A stretch of 64,000 nt of DNA, taken from positions 23,684,001 through 23,748,000 of the forward strand of contig NC_043016.1 in the NCBI RefSeq assembly GCF_006345805.1. The letters are read 5' to 3'. Under the pieces are notes generated by a model, which made no database searches, was not told where the DNA came from, and saw nothing but the letters and a program-made list of their open reading frames with translations. A program made the position numbers and the translations under genes. Shown one piece after another: positions 48,136-60,654 of the stretch. Every line of letters begins with the position of its first letter. Within the stretch, counting starts at the first letter, position 1. This DNA comes from Octopus sinensis. Lineage: Eukaryota.

Positions 48136-49557
48136 TGTTATATAAAATCAAGTGTAAATATTGTTCAAGTAGTCAATATGCAGAGAGCGAAGAGGACCAG
48201 GTATATAAATAACATAATTAATATTCACATCTTCCTCTGCTTACACTGTTGTGGTCTTGATTACATTTAACTTGATCTCCTCAGGTAAAAAAAAACCTCT
48301 AGTCATATCCTGGTATACCAGAACCAGTTGTTGTGTTTAACTTTATATCTGTCCATCTGATAAAATGGATAGAATTCCAGCCATGACTATCCTAACTTTT
48401 TACAAAAGCACAGGAAAACTAAGAGCACATTTTTCAACATGTCACTTTTTTAAGACGGTAGGGTATAAGTCTAGGGAGATTTAGCAGCTGTTTCTAGAAT
48501 GTTCAGGAATCTTGTAGACGGTCTATCATGGGGTCATGCTTAGTACCAGCAATTTACTATGGTTGATACAAATGAGTACAACTAGTCCCTTCACTTTAAA
48601 TCAGAATGTCAAATGCAGAATGTCTGACAATAGTTAGTTCTATTCCTCTGCATTATGATTTCAGATCCTTTCAGAGTTAAGTTTTCATTTCCTCCACCTA
48701 GAGTCAATAAAATAAGTACCAGTTATGTAACCAACACTCCAATGGTTATAATGATGAGTGTTCCACTTGATCCAATTATTGGAACAGCCTGCTTGTGAAA
48801 TTAACATGCAAGTGGCTGAGTACTCCACAGACATGCATGCCCTTAACATTGTTCTCTAGGAGATTCAGTGTGATACAGAATGTGACAAGGCTAGTCCTTT
48901 GAAATATAGATACCTCTCAATTTTGCCAGTTTAGTAGACTGGAACAATGTGAAATAAAAGGTTTTGCTCAAGAGTACAATGTACTGCCAGGAATTGAACT
49001 CACAACTTTATGATTGTGAGCCAAATACTCTGACCACTAAGCCACACATTTTCACCAGTTATATATTGAAAACCTTTTTCAAACGACTTAAAATTATTGT
49101 GAGTGCTTATCCTACTCCAAAGTAAATCCCATTTTTGTTTAATTAATTGATGCATCCAAGATCTTGTTCTAATAGTTTCTTCTAGACAATAGAAGGCATA
49201 TCACAAGGTAGCAAGGTTTCAAAGACCCAGTGTCCTGTTAGAAGGAGGTTGGTAACAGGGAAAAGAATTTGAACTTGAATGCAAAGAATTGGAACACACA
49301 CCACAAGACATCACTATAATTATTATTAGATATTGGTGCAGTTGTGACTGTGTAATTATGAAGTTCAGTTTGGAATCCTCTGGTTCTGAGTTCAATCCCA
49401 CTGTGTTTTCTACAGTAGTCATGAACTGACCAATCCTTGCGAGTGGACACAGAAAAGAATCCACCCATACATAGATAGACAGATAAACACACATACATAC
49501 ACGCATGCACACATACATATATAAGTATATCTATCTGTGTGTGTGTGTGTGTATATA

Positions 49558-49760
49558 TCATCATCATCATCATCATCGTTTAACATCCGCTTTCCATGCT
49601 AACATGGGTTGGACGATTTGACTGAGGACTGGTGAACCAGAAGGCTGCACCAGGCTCCAATCTGATCTGGCAGAGTTTCTACAGCTGGACGCCCTTCCTA
49701 ACGTCAACCACTCCGAGAATGTAGTAGATGCTTTTATGTGCCAGCCAGGCGATACTGTCA
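49558..49760 (-). mobile_element. RTE 3'UTR tail
   Basis: Reverse complement of GGAAGGGCGTCCAGCTGTAGAAAC...GGATGTTAAACGATGATGAT. Confidence 0.85.
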
Positions 49761-50271
49761 AAAGCTATGCAGATATATATATATATATACATAAACATAT
49801 GTTTGTTGGGTTTCTTTGGGGTTGGTCAAACTGATGTAGATACCTCCAATGAGAATGGAATATGGTTCAAAAGACAGATAAGGCAGTTCATAATTTTTTC
49901 CAATCTACAAAGAAATAGTTAATTTAGCTTTGTTATCAACTAGCATCCTCTCCTCCCAAATTTCAGTCCATGTGTCTATAGTAGAAAGGATTATTTTAAG
50001 ATTGATATAAATAAATAATAATAATAAAGAAATATTGCCGTTAATAATAGAATTAATAAGGTAATAATAAGGTGGCTAGCAAGTTTACACTGTTGCAAGC
50101 ACAATATAAAGTAAATTTAGATTCAGTAGGATATATAATACTACATGCTCAAATCAGAGCCAATGCTCCAAAAACCACATCAACTTATGATAAAGATACA
50201 TATGAGCAATGCAATGAACATATGAGAAATAGGGTTACCTTTATGTTGAATACAACAGTAAGCAATGCACA

Positions 50272-50333
50272 TTTCAATATCAATTGATTTCACGCTTTGC
50301 ATGACAAACATACTCTGTGATCTTCAGTTGAAA
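50272..50333 (-). ncRNA. type I hammerhead ribozyme motif, palindromic stem III
   Basis: TTTCAA-CTGAAGA-[stem II, inner GTATG/CATGC]-GAAA-TCAATTGA-TA-TTGAAA. Confidence 0.62.
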
Positions 50334-50465
50334 ATAACATTTTAACATCTATTTCTAAAATGTTCACTGCATTAGCTCATGTGCATTCTTTACTTTAAAC
50401 ATCCTGCTATGTTTAAAAGAAAACTATTGTGAGCAAAAACAATTTTGAATCTATAATTAAATAAA

Positions 50466-50870
50466 TAGGCACAGGAGTGGCTGTGTGGTAAGTAGCTTGT
50501 TTACCAACCACATGGTTCCGGGTTCAGTCCCACTGCGTGGCACCTTGGGCAAGTGTCTTCTTCTATAGCCTCGGGCCGACCAAAACCTTGTGAGTGGATT
50601 TGGTAGATGGAAACTGAAAGAAGCCCGTCGTATATATGTATATATATGTATATGTGTGTGTGCGTGTGTTTGTGTTGGTCCCCCTCGCATTGCTCGACAA
50701 CCAATGCTGGTGTGTTTCTGTCCCCGTCACTTAGCGGTTCGGCAAAAGAGACCGATAGAATAAGTACTGAGTTTACAAAGAATAAGTCCCGGGGTCAAGT
50801 TGCTCGATTAAAGACGGTGCTCCAGCATGGCCGCAGTCAAATGACTGAAACAAGTAAAAGAGAGAGTAAA
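50466..50870 (+). mobile_element. SINE family A, full length
   Basis: Complete head, body and tail. Confidence 0.93.
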
Positions 50871-51145
50871 TAATATATAATAGTATTATGCTAGGATTGA
50901 CTTCAAAGTGGTGAACTGGCAGCGTCTTTAGAGCATCAGAGAGAATCATTTGAGGTATTTGTGGAGGTGTGTGGCTTAGTGGGTAGGGTGTTGGACTTGA
51001 GGCATTTGTTCCAAGTTAAAATTGGGCCAAAGTCAAATTTGCAAGGGCATAGAGAAACTATGCCAGTTGTCAAGAGGTACAAACACACACACACATACAC
51101 ACACACACAACACACAAACATATATATATATATATATACATATAT

Positions 51146-51473
51146 AAAAGGGTAAAGACCCCCTTCGGACATGTGTGACCATGGGTTTGCACCTAGAGAG
51201 TTACCCTCTGAGGCACAAGTCTGGGCAAGGTTGTTTTTATGGAAGACCAGCAGTCGCCCATGCATACCGGCCTCCCCTCTCCACGCCACCAGTGTTATCC
51301 AAGGGAAAGACAAAGGTCGATACAGCTTGGCACCAGTGACGTCGCAACTCATTTCTACAGCTGAGTGAGCTGGAGCAACGTGAAAGAACACAACACGCAG
51401 CCCGGTCCGGGATTCGAACTCACAACCTCATGATCGTAAGCTCGACGCTCTAACCACTGAGCCATGCGCCTCC
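51146..51473 (-). mobile_element. tRNA-derived SINE family D, young
   Basis: TGGCTCAGTGGTTAGAGC A-box, GAGTTCGAATCCC B-box, about 260-nt non-tRNA body, CpGs retained, sits in a (TA)n tract. Confidence 0.88.
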
Positions 51474-51541
51474 ATACATATATATATACATACATATATA
51501 CATACATACATATATATATATACATATACATACATATGTAC

Positions 51542-51572
<31 letters not shown>

Positions 51573-51930
51573 CATATATATATACACACATACACGTACA
51601 CTCCACCTTCCTCCTTTTATATCTACTTCTTTCTTACCTTTTCTAGCCTTTTCTCTCATCCTATCATCCCATTTTTTAGTTTGATTTTGCCATGCAGGCA
51701 GTGCCTGATGATTGAGCTAGGACACCAGATGTATTAATAAACACTGTTTGGCATGTGTTTAGCACATGAAACTAAAAGTAGCATATAAAAACGTATATTG
51801 TGTTTATTAAATAATATTTATCTTTGACTAGATGGAATACTTTTTTTGTTGACCTTACCATCATGGAACAGTACACTATACATCCATCCATCAATCCATC
51901 CATCCATCCATCCATCCATCCATACATACA

Positions 51931-51965
<35 letters not shown>

Positions 51966-52094
51966 GTATATATATTTAATTAGAGGATATGGTAAACTCA
52001 TAAAGGGGTGGTTACACCCAAGGAAATACTGGTTCAATACATAGTATTATTGGGGAATGAAACTCCCTTAAAGGAATGGGTATATATTAAGCAT

Positions 52095-52219
52095 ATAGTA
52101 TATATCCAGTTAATTAAGAAAAGACATTGTAGAGTAGGAAGTTAATAGTTATTTATTATTAGCATAATAATTATTAACTTCCTACTCTCCATTTTCTTCT
52201 CTTTATTTTACTGGATATA

Positions 52220-52226
<7 letters not shown>
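52095..52226. repeat. imperfect palindrome (about 60-bp arms)
   Basis: TATATCCAGT..AGAGTAGGAAGTTAATA and TATTAACTTCCTACTCT..ACTGGATATA. Confidence 0.8.
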
Positions 52227-52264
<38 letters not shown>

Positions 52265-53404
52265 TACATAATATGCATATTAATAAAAAATAATATGTGC
52301 ATGTATTTATACACACACATGATAGGCTTCCACACAGTTTCTATCTGCCAAATCCACTTATAAATCTTTGTACAGCCTGCGGCAATAGTAGAGGGCACTT
52401 GCCAAAGGTGGCAGTGGGATTGAACCATAAATCATGTGGTTCTAAAGTGAGCTTCTTAACCAGACAGTCATGTTTGCAGCTGAATGAAATCAATGACCAT
52501 TTTGTAGCAAAAATGTTTTTGGAAAGTTCACCAGTTTTATACAAAGAAAAATAAAACCATAAAAGTTTATTAATCCATTCTCATCCCAACACCCGGACAA
52601 AAGACTAAACCCCACCAAACACACACTGCACCACAATTAAGACTAAGGTCCCCTTCCCTCCTCCCCGGATGTACTCAACAACTTCTCTTCCTCATTGTAA
52701 GTTAATTTATTCTGTTTTGTGAGCTTTCTGAATTTACTGTTTGTCATTACTAGTTTCCTGAGATTCAACAGTTTTCCGTTAAAATATATTCATTGCTGAT
52801 ATCAAAATAATATCATGATATCGCTCCCCAATAACAAAATCAACAAGAGCAACAACAACAACCAAAAAATGGGAAAATAGTAAGATAAAATATATGCTGA
52901 AATAGAGAAATGTTCTTTTACTTAATTACATGAGGAGGGAATATGTTAATGTTTTTGTGAATATTGATGCATATGATATCATTTGATATTTCCAGATATA
53001 CATATAGCTGAAGATATTGTTAGATACAGATGTGATAGCGACTGATATTGCCTTACATATGCAAGATAGCAGATGATACAGCAATACTGCCATATGTATA
53101 CACAAGATGATAGTAGATGATGTCAGATATACAAATATGCATAAGTTAGCTGTTGTTCTTGCCATATACACCATTGCTGTCATTGTCGTCGTCATCGTCG
53201 TCATCATCATCATCATCATCATCGTTTTAACATCCACTTTCTCGTGCTTGCATGGGCCAAGCAGAATATACTGAGACAGGATGTCTATACCAAAGATGTC
53301 CTTTCTTTGTTAGTCTTCTCCTGTTTCTAAGTAAGATCAAACAACATTGATCATTTGCAACAAATATGCCATCATGACATGGGGAAAACATACACATACA
53401 TACA

Positions 53405-53686
53405 TAGTGAGAATTTGAAAAAAAACAAAAATGAAGACGGGTGTGTAAACAACAAACAGATGTATTAGTTTAATGCTCAGGAAGTAAGAAAGTCTTTTAC
53501 ATTTCGAGCCTACGCTCTTCGACAGAAAGCAACACAGAAATAAACAGGGAGAGAAAATAGAAAAAGGTTTTAATGGCTAGCGATCTATCATGGCGAATGC
53601 ATATGTACATGGATACATACACCATACACACACACATACATACACATATATACATACATGCATACATACATACATACATAAATACA

Positions 53687-53722
<36 letters not shown>

Positions 53723-54170
53723 TTCCGTTTTGGGATTTGGTTTGGAAGATTCTTTATGTGAGTTTGTGTACACTCTGAGATGTAGAGCATGTGCTCTACA
53801 TCTTAGAGAGTGCTTCTTCTCTGGATCTGAGTTTTACACGAACAATCCTTTTCACTCCCTGGTCAGAGTTTTCCACAGAGACAACGTGGTTTCTGTTAAA
53901 TAGCTGACCAGGGCTGAACTTCTACATATTTTATAGAACCCACAGGTCTCTCATAAATATGGAACAATTCTGACCTCGGATACTCCACCAAAAACATCTC
54001 CACGTCATCCAATGAACTAACTATACACCTGCATGCTGCTGGAAAAGATAATGGACGTGATTAGGCATATGAGGTGGAATACCTTTCACTACGATCTAGC
54101 CACACAGTGACCGGAGAACAACTATGGCATTAGATCAAGAAAACACCCACCCATGCCAGCCCCATTAAAA
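53405..54170 (+). mobile_element. Penelope-like element 5' remnant with ORF start
   Basis: Plus frames YSTKNIS and YTCMLLEKIMDVIRHMRWNTFHY...NYGIRSRKHPPMPAPLK resemble the MRWK...YGFKSRK.PP motif at the start of Penelope ORFs. Hammerhead-like motif on minus at 53495-53530. Confidence 0.72.
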
Positions 54171-54388
54171 TATATGTATGTATGTATGTATATATGTGTG
54201 TATGTATGTATGTATGTATGTATGTATATATGTATGTATGTATGTGTGTATATATGTATGTGTGTGTGTATGAATGTATGTATGTATGTATGTATGTATG
54301 TATGTATGTATGTATGTATGTATGTATGTATGTATGTATGAGTGTGTGTATGAATGTATGTATGTATGTATGTATGTATGTATGTATA

Positions 54389-55527
54389 CCGTTTTTGCTC
54401 AAGTAATAGTTGATCTTATGTAAAAGTTGATACCCTATTTTTGGCCAAAATATTTAGAAATTTTCCATAGACCCCGTATAAAAGTTGAACCTAGTATTTC
54501 ATGAACAACAGGACAATATTTGTGGGTGAAGGTACCGTATTATACTGTACATAGAAATAACACTGTTACAAAATTGTGAGGCTATCTTACTGTAGAGGGA
54601 ATACTTGATGCTCATAATGGAATGCTCATAAGTAAAACACTGTTTAATAGTTAGCACTACACATTTGTTGATGGGTGTTACATCACCATTACCAAAATGT
54701 ATGCACAATATATGCTGCAAGCCTGCATACATCTTCAAGCACAATAAACACATGCATCATACAGTCGTTGTTTACATGGCAAGAAACATGTTTCACAGAC
54801 ACCACTATTGGTGAACACTGGCAAATGCCACTATCTGAAAACATTCAATTAATCGGTATATCCGTGGTTCCCACGCGACCTTTATATTTTCCTTATCTCC
54901 AAATACAATAAACACATGCATCATACGCTCGTCTGTTTACATGGTGAGAAACATGTTTCAGAGACAGCACTATCAGTTGAACAACAGCAAACACCACAAT
55001 ATGAATTGAGAGGCATAACTTCGTAAGCCTAAAAAATTGATTAATCGCTAGATCAGTGGTTGCCAAACTTTTTTTACCGCGGATCTTTGAGATTATTTTT
55101 AAAAACGTGGAACCACTGATAACTTTTGAGGAATCCTAGGGTTTGCAGAACACACTTTGGGAATCCCTGCCCAGATTAACAGCTTTGCACCATATTATGG
55201 ACATTTACTGGTAATGCACATGGACCCTGCACTTTTTTTTTTTTAGAGGAAGTGTAAATATTTATAAGAGCTACGTGGTCTTGTTTATAGGTTTGTTATT
55301 TACTAGGATGTTGTTTTGATGCATAGAATTGGTAATATTATGGTAATTCGTTGTGTTTTTGTTTTTATTCGCTTGAGATCAGTTGGGCTTCTGCTGCTGA
55401 TACAGTACTTAGGATTCTAGCTTGAATTTCAGCCCCTCAAAAGTAGTATCCATGTAATAGTTGACCCCATAAATTTGACCTTAAAAAAATGGTCTAAACA
55501 ATTTGACTTTTACACAAGTATATACAG
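54389..55527. mobile_element. pogo/Tigger-like non-autonomous element
   Basis: TA-CCGTTTTTGCTCAAGTAATAGTTGA left end and TTTGACTTTTACACAAGTATATACAG-TA right end; internal direct repeats 54742-54840 and 54906-55005. Confidence 0.6.
55054..55169. mobile_element. hAT-like MITE nested in the pogo-like element
   Basis: CAGTGGTTGCCAAACT...ACTTTGGGAATCCCTG termini; 8-bp TSD only partly matched. Confidence 0.55.
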
Positions 55528-55759
55528 TATATTTATTTTGCTTTATCTTTTACTTGTTTCAGTCATAACACTATGACCATACTGGGGCTGAAAAGACAGA
55601 GGTGGTTGATAGTTACAAGTTGATAGCTGCGGAATAATAATGATAATAATAATAATAATATGATAATGATAATGCTGTTGATAATGATGATGATGATAAA
55701 CATGGATAGAGAGAAGTTGTACCTGAAAAAAAATTGACTGTTATCAGGAAGGAGTGGGT

Positions 55760-55886
55760 CTAGTAATTCACATATGGCCGGAAGAGAAGCAAGAAGAGGA
55801 GAGATGGGTGGATGAGGGATGCTTGAGTGATGGTGGCATCAGACCAGCCAGCTCTGAGGAGATGAGGCAATTGCAGTTGTAGCAAC

Positions 55887-55923
<37 letters not shown>

Positions 55924-56420
55924 CAGCAACCTTAGTGAAATCAGAGACATGAGTGTGTTGATGAGTAGCTTCATGTTACTCAGTTGATTGGTATCTCTTT
56001 GGGTGTTCTCTAAGAAATTTTTTGGTGTGGCTGTAAAGTCACTCCTAAATATGGGTGCAATACTCCATTGTGGGTCTAACCTCAGCTTTGCAGGAGGTTA
56101 GTTATTATGAGAAAGCTGAAGTATGTTCTAACCTTGAAGAAGGAAACCAGTTGTTGTTTTAATGAGGATGTTCATTCACCAGGAGAGATCTTTAGTGACA
56201 TTCAAGCCTGGCATTAGTAAACAGACTTGATGATTCTAGTAGTGCACTGTTCATGTATAGGATGAATATTGTTTTCTTGCTTGTGAGAGTTGATTGTAAC
56301 CTTTAATGAAGACAAGGTTGCATGAGCTCATTGGATGAAGATTTTTAATGTCTGTTCATGGAGTCAATGCAAATTTGATTCAATTGCAACAGCATGCTTT
56401 GGTATGGAAGTTCAAGGAGG
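55760..56420 (-). mobile_element. degraded CR1-group (Zenon-like) RT C-terminal remnant
   Basis: AEVRPTMEYCTHI and SSELAGLMPPSL motifs; interrupted by (GA)n. Confidence 0.6.
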
Positions 56421-57104
56421 AATAAAGGGAGTCATATATACTGTATCAAATGCACTTTTACATAAAATGCACCTCTATTTTACAAAGAAATTTTATGGAT
56501 AAAAAAAATGGAAGAAACTCGATATGTTTTGCATTACACTTTTTGAAAGATATCTTGAAGTGGTTTTGTTGGGGAGAGGAATAAAATGTATGATTCTGTG
56601 CATGTAAATACAATATTTTGACAGCAATAAAGTAAAAAAAAAAAATAATAAATTTATCATAAACTACATTGTGGGAGTAACATATTTCAACTTATTTTAT
56701 TTCAGGTCGACAGCTTAGTTTTTAATATTTTGGTTAAGAGAATTTGCCATACAGAGTGGTTGTAAAAATATTTCTGGTTGTGTTTTTTTGTGTAACTGTG
56801 ATCGGTCACCAGGGTGGCACACCCTACTGTTATTTACTTGTCATCCACACATTACAAATAACTGACAGGCAGATGAAAGTTTGTTACCATTCCATTCATT
56901 TTCATGATGATAATGATGATGATGATAATGATAATTATAAAATGTTTCTTAAAAGTAACATAGTTATTAAATAGTGTAAGACACATATCAAGTGTGGGTT
57001 TATGTGCTGACAAACTAGGTATAATGAAATGATGTGACCTCCACACATAACTGCTGATATACCATTTGTAATTTTTCAATGTTTTAATACTAGTAAGAAT
57101 TAAG

Positions 57105-57320
57105 ACAGTGACTGACAGGGTTGTTAGCATGCTGGGTAAAATGCTTGGTGGCATTTTGTCTATCTTCATGTTCTGAGTTCAAATTCTGCTAAGGTCGACT
57201 TTGACTTTCATCCTTTTGGGATCGATAAAATAAGTATCAGTTATGCACTGGAGCTGATTTAATTGATTTAGAATCTCCCTTAAAATTGCTGGCCTTGTGC
57301 CAAAATTTGAAATCAATATT
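57105..57320 (+). mobile_element. SINE family B-related copy
   Basis: GAGTTCAAATTCTGCTAAGGTCGACTTTG...GATCGATAAAATAAGTATCAG. Confidence 0.8.
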
Positions 57321-58111
57321 TGTAAGAATTATTGTACCTAATGGACTTATACTCACCCATTGCCCTGGTATACAGCACTCAGTCTCTCATCCACAATATG
57401 ATTACAGTAAGTGCAGGGTAATTTTTTGATATATTTAAAAATATAAAAGCATCTTATACACTGGTAAACACTGTACATAGAGGAGTGATCCTTATGTTAA
57501 GTGATGGCAAGCATGTCATTCACATATAGGCTAAAAGAGAATAGAGTGACAAAACCAAACTTTGAAATGCACCAAAGTTGAGTTGGTAGCATGTACTTGC
57601 ATTAATGGAATAATCAGACAGAAAGCTACTGGTCCTGCTCCAAGGCATAGGAAACTCATAGTTGAGTAGTTTTATTGGGAGATTTATATTCCAGACATTG
57701 TGAAATGTTTTGCTGAAGTCAAGTGTAAAATTGAACTAGAGGAACAGATTACAGCTCAAATGATTTGAGAGATATCAGATACAATTTGACTAATTCATTT
57801 GATTAACAACAGAGGAAAAAGCAAAAACGGTTGGGTGATGAATCAGCATTATATAAAGCTCCGGTAAGAGTTCCTAAATGTATTAGTAACGATGAGTTTA
57901 GACAAATAGACGGAGAAAGCAGAAGATTAAGATAATCAGTCAGCATGTTAAGATACAAAGAATTTTTTTTATCTGTAGAGTAGAAAACTAAATTGTACCT
58001 TCAACTCATAGAAGATCATTTTGGTGGCTGTTTCTAAGATTAAGTGGAATAGCTTTGGAAAAACTGCTAGTAAAATTCTTAGTTTTCAGCCTCAAAAATT
58101 TTATATATATG

Positions 58112-59864
58112 CCGTATATTTCGGTATATAAGGCGACCAACAGATCAAACAACCCAAAAATCTGAGAAAAATTTCATAGCTTTAGCTAATATCTGAAGTA
58201 TAAGACGACCTTTAAAATACGAAACTTGCCCAAGTTTAAAAATAGCCTAAGCAACAGTATAAAAGTTACCATATCATATAAAATACCAGGTATTAATTAA
58301 AGACAATGTTATTAGAAATGTTATTTTACTTACTGTATCCTTGAAAGTTAAGACATGAAATTATATAGTATTAACATAAATTTGTATAAGATGATGAAAC
58401 AGATTCTTTCTTTAATGCTGTCAATCGTAACAACATAAACAAAGGCGTGTTTATGCCTTTGTTCAGATGATGATGATTGTAGCAATTTTGAAGGATTAAA
58501 TGTTTGAATCATAACTAAATAACAATGTGTATGTGGTATGATTGATTGATTGATTCTAGTTTCAGCTCATGAGCTGTGGCCATGCCGGGGCACCGTCATT
58601 TGGTGTTGCTACATGGTTTTACTTCACGAAAGCTTTTTAGCAACTGCCATTTTGGTGCATGAGAGAGTTCGATGCAGCTGCCCTCATCTGCACCTCCTGC
58701 TGTGAAGTTGGTTCATCTGGGACACCCGACAGGGAGAGATCCATTTTCATTTTAAAGACATCTGCATCCACCCCATGCAGGTCTCTCAGGTTCTTCGGAA
58801 GGATATTGAAGAGCTGTGGGCCTTGGAAGCCCAGGCTATCACAGTATCTTGTCCTACATCTTGATGGCAAATTTGGAGTCCTAGGCACCACGCAGTGGCG
58901 CCCAGTTCTGGCATTTGTGTAACTCTCGATGCCAAAGTTTGGGACACGTCCCTCCAGGATCTTCCAGATGTATATTATGGCATATCTTTCCTGCCTACGC
59001 TCCAAGGAATATAGTTTTAATCTCTTGAGCCTTTCCCAGTAGCTTACATTCTGCATAGAGGCTATCTTCTTCGTGTAGCTACGCTGGATCGCCTCGAGTT
59101 CTGTGATCAACTTGACACTGGATGGTGACCACAACTGAGAGCAATAGTCAAAGTGGCTTAGGACAAGTGTCCTCCAGAGGACCATCATGGTTTCTTGTTC
59201 TCTTGTTCTAAAGGTTCTGAGAATCCATCCGGCCAGTCGTCTACATTTCATTGCCAATTTAGCAACATGTACACGAAAGGTTGCGTCATCACTCATGTAA
59301 ATACCCAGGTCACGCACTGATTGTGCCTCTGGGATTGCAATCCCTCCGGGTCCAGTGTATTCATTGGGTATTGCATTTAGTTTTGCATGCTGATAGTATA
59401 AAGCTTGAAACTTTTCAGCATTGAACTGCATGCTATTCTTTTCAGCCCACTTGTATATTTTGTCCAGCTCACATTGCAGGCGTTTAGTGTTTAATTTTTT
59501 TTGTATTATTTTTATTAAAATTGATAATCTTAGTGAAACATGTTTTGTAATACTTTGTATTCAAATTCGTAATCTTAGTGAGAAATAAAAGGTTTTCTGT
59601 AGATTGTAGAGTTTTAGGCAACGGCAGTTCTATTACATTATTGGTGTCATATATTAATGTGAATTGTTTTAAATACAAGTACTTACATCAGTAGTTACTG
59701 CACAGAAGCTGTCGTTGTTATTAAAATAAGGTTAGGCTTGGTTTTCTGCACAAATAAACCACAAGATGTAAAGTTCACTTTTTGTTACTATTAGATAAGA
59801 TCACCCTCAATTTTGGTGTGATTTTGGGGTTCTAAAAGGTTGTCCTATACACCGAAATATATGA
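58112..59864. mobile_element. pogo/Tigger-like non-autonomous element hosting a CR1 insertion
   Basis: TIRs CCGTATATTTCGGTATATAAGGCGACC and GGTTGTCCTATACACCGAAATATATGA. Confidence 0.75.
58541..59490 (-). mobile_element. young 5'-truncated CR1 LINE
   Basis: Open ORF 58637..59431 (FNAEKFQ, SVRDLG, HFDYCSQLWSP, LYSLERRQERY, GPQLFNILP), short UTR, (ATCA)n tail. Confidence 0.95.
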
Positions 59865-59876
59865 TATATATATATA

Positions 59877-60650
59877 TTGAGTTATCCCATAAATAACGCA
59901 GTTTTTTTATACTACTTTTACTTTTCAAAATTATACTCTCCTTCGTTTTCTAAAATGCTCTTCCATCTATCTGGTAGACTAGTAAGGCCTCAAAGTTCAC
60001 TTGTTCGTAATGAAAAATACTCCTCCAGTACTGTTCTGACTTGCATCTACAGAATTCATATCTTTTCTGTCCAAATGATTTTGAAGACTGTGGAATAAAT
60101 GATAATCAGAGAGGGCAATGTCCGGTGAATATGATGGGTGGGGTATTGTTTCCCATTCAAACTGCTCCAGCCTTTGAAATGTTATCCTTGCTGTATATTG
60201 CTGAGCATCATCCTGATGGAAGAACACCTTCCATCTTGAAATCAAAAAATGGTCATTTTGTGATGGCACACAGGTTTCGCTGAATGGTTGAATGACCAAA
60301 TCCAAGCTTCTCTGCTAGTTCCTCAACAGTTACGATGGGATTTTGTTCTATGAAGGTTTGCATGACATCCTCGTCAAGCTCTACAGATCTTCCAGGATGA
60401 GGCTTGTCTTTCTAGGCAGTAGTTTCCTGCTTGGAATTTCTGGAACCCCCGTTGACACTGGCTTATGCTTAATGTCCGATCGCCGTATGCTGCATTAATA
60501 TTCCTTGCACTTTCAATTGCGTTGTTGCCTTTATTGAACTCATAAAGCAAAAGATGCGAATATGCTCCTTTGTATCTTCCATTACAGCTTTGAAAACATA
60601 ATTGTTAAAATCAAACCACTGTCTTCAAAACTTGCACTAAGAATAAGGTG
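59877..60650 (-). mobile_element. internally deleted mariner
   Basis: TIR-like TTGAGTTATCCCATAAATAACGCAG; start MEDTKEHIR..YEFNKGNNA; FFHQDDAQQYTA and HPSYSPDIALSDYHLFHSLQN. Confidence 0.88.
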
Positions 60651-60654
60651 ATTT

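Noticed and set aside
51400-51473. tRNA gene (also heads at 38323, 40064 and in families A and B)
   Set aside because: A and B boxes are present, but there is no paired acceptor stem and each runs into a SINE body.
57357-57460. Minus-strand exon candidate (CIRCFYIFKYIKKLPCTYCNHIVDERLSAVYQGNG, GTGAGT donor)
   Set aside because: Weak acceptor, no recognisable homology, and an equally good plus-strand donor overlaps it. Needs RNA-seq.
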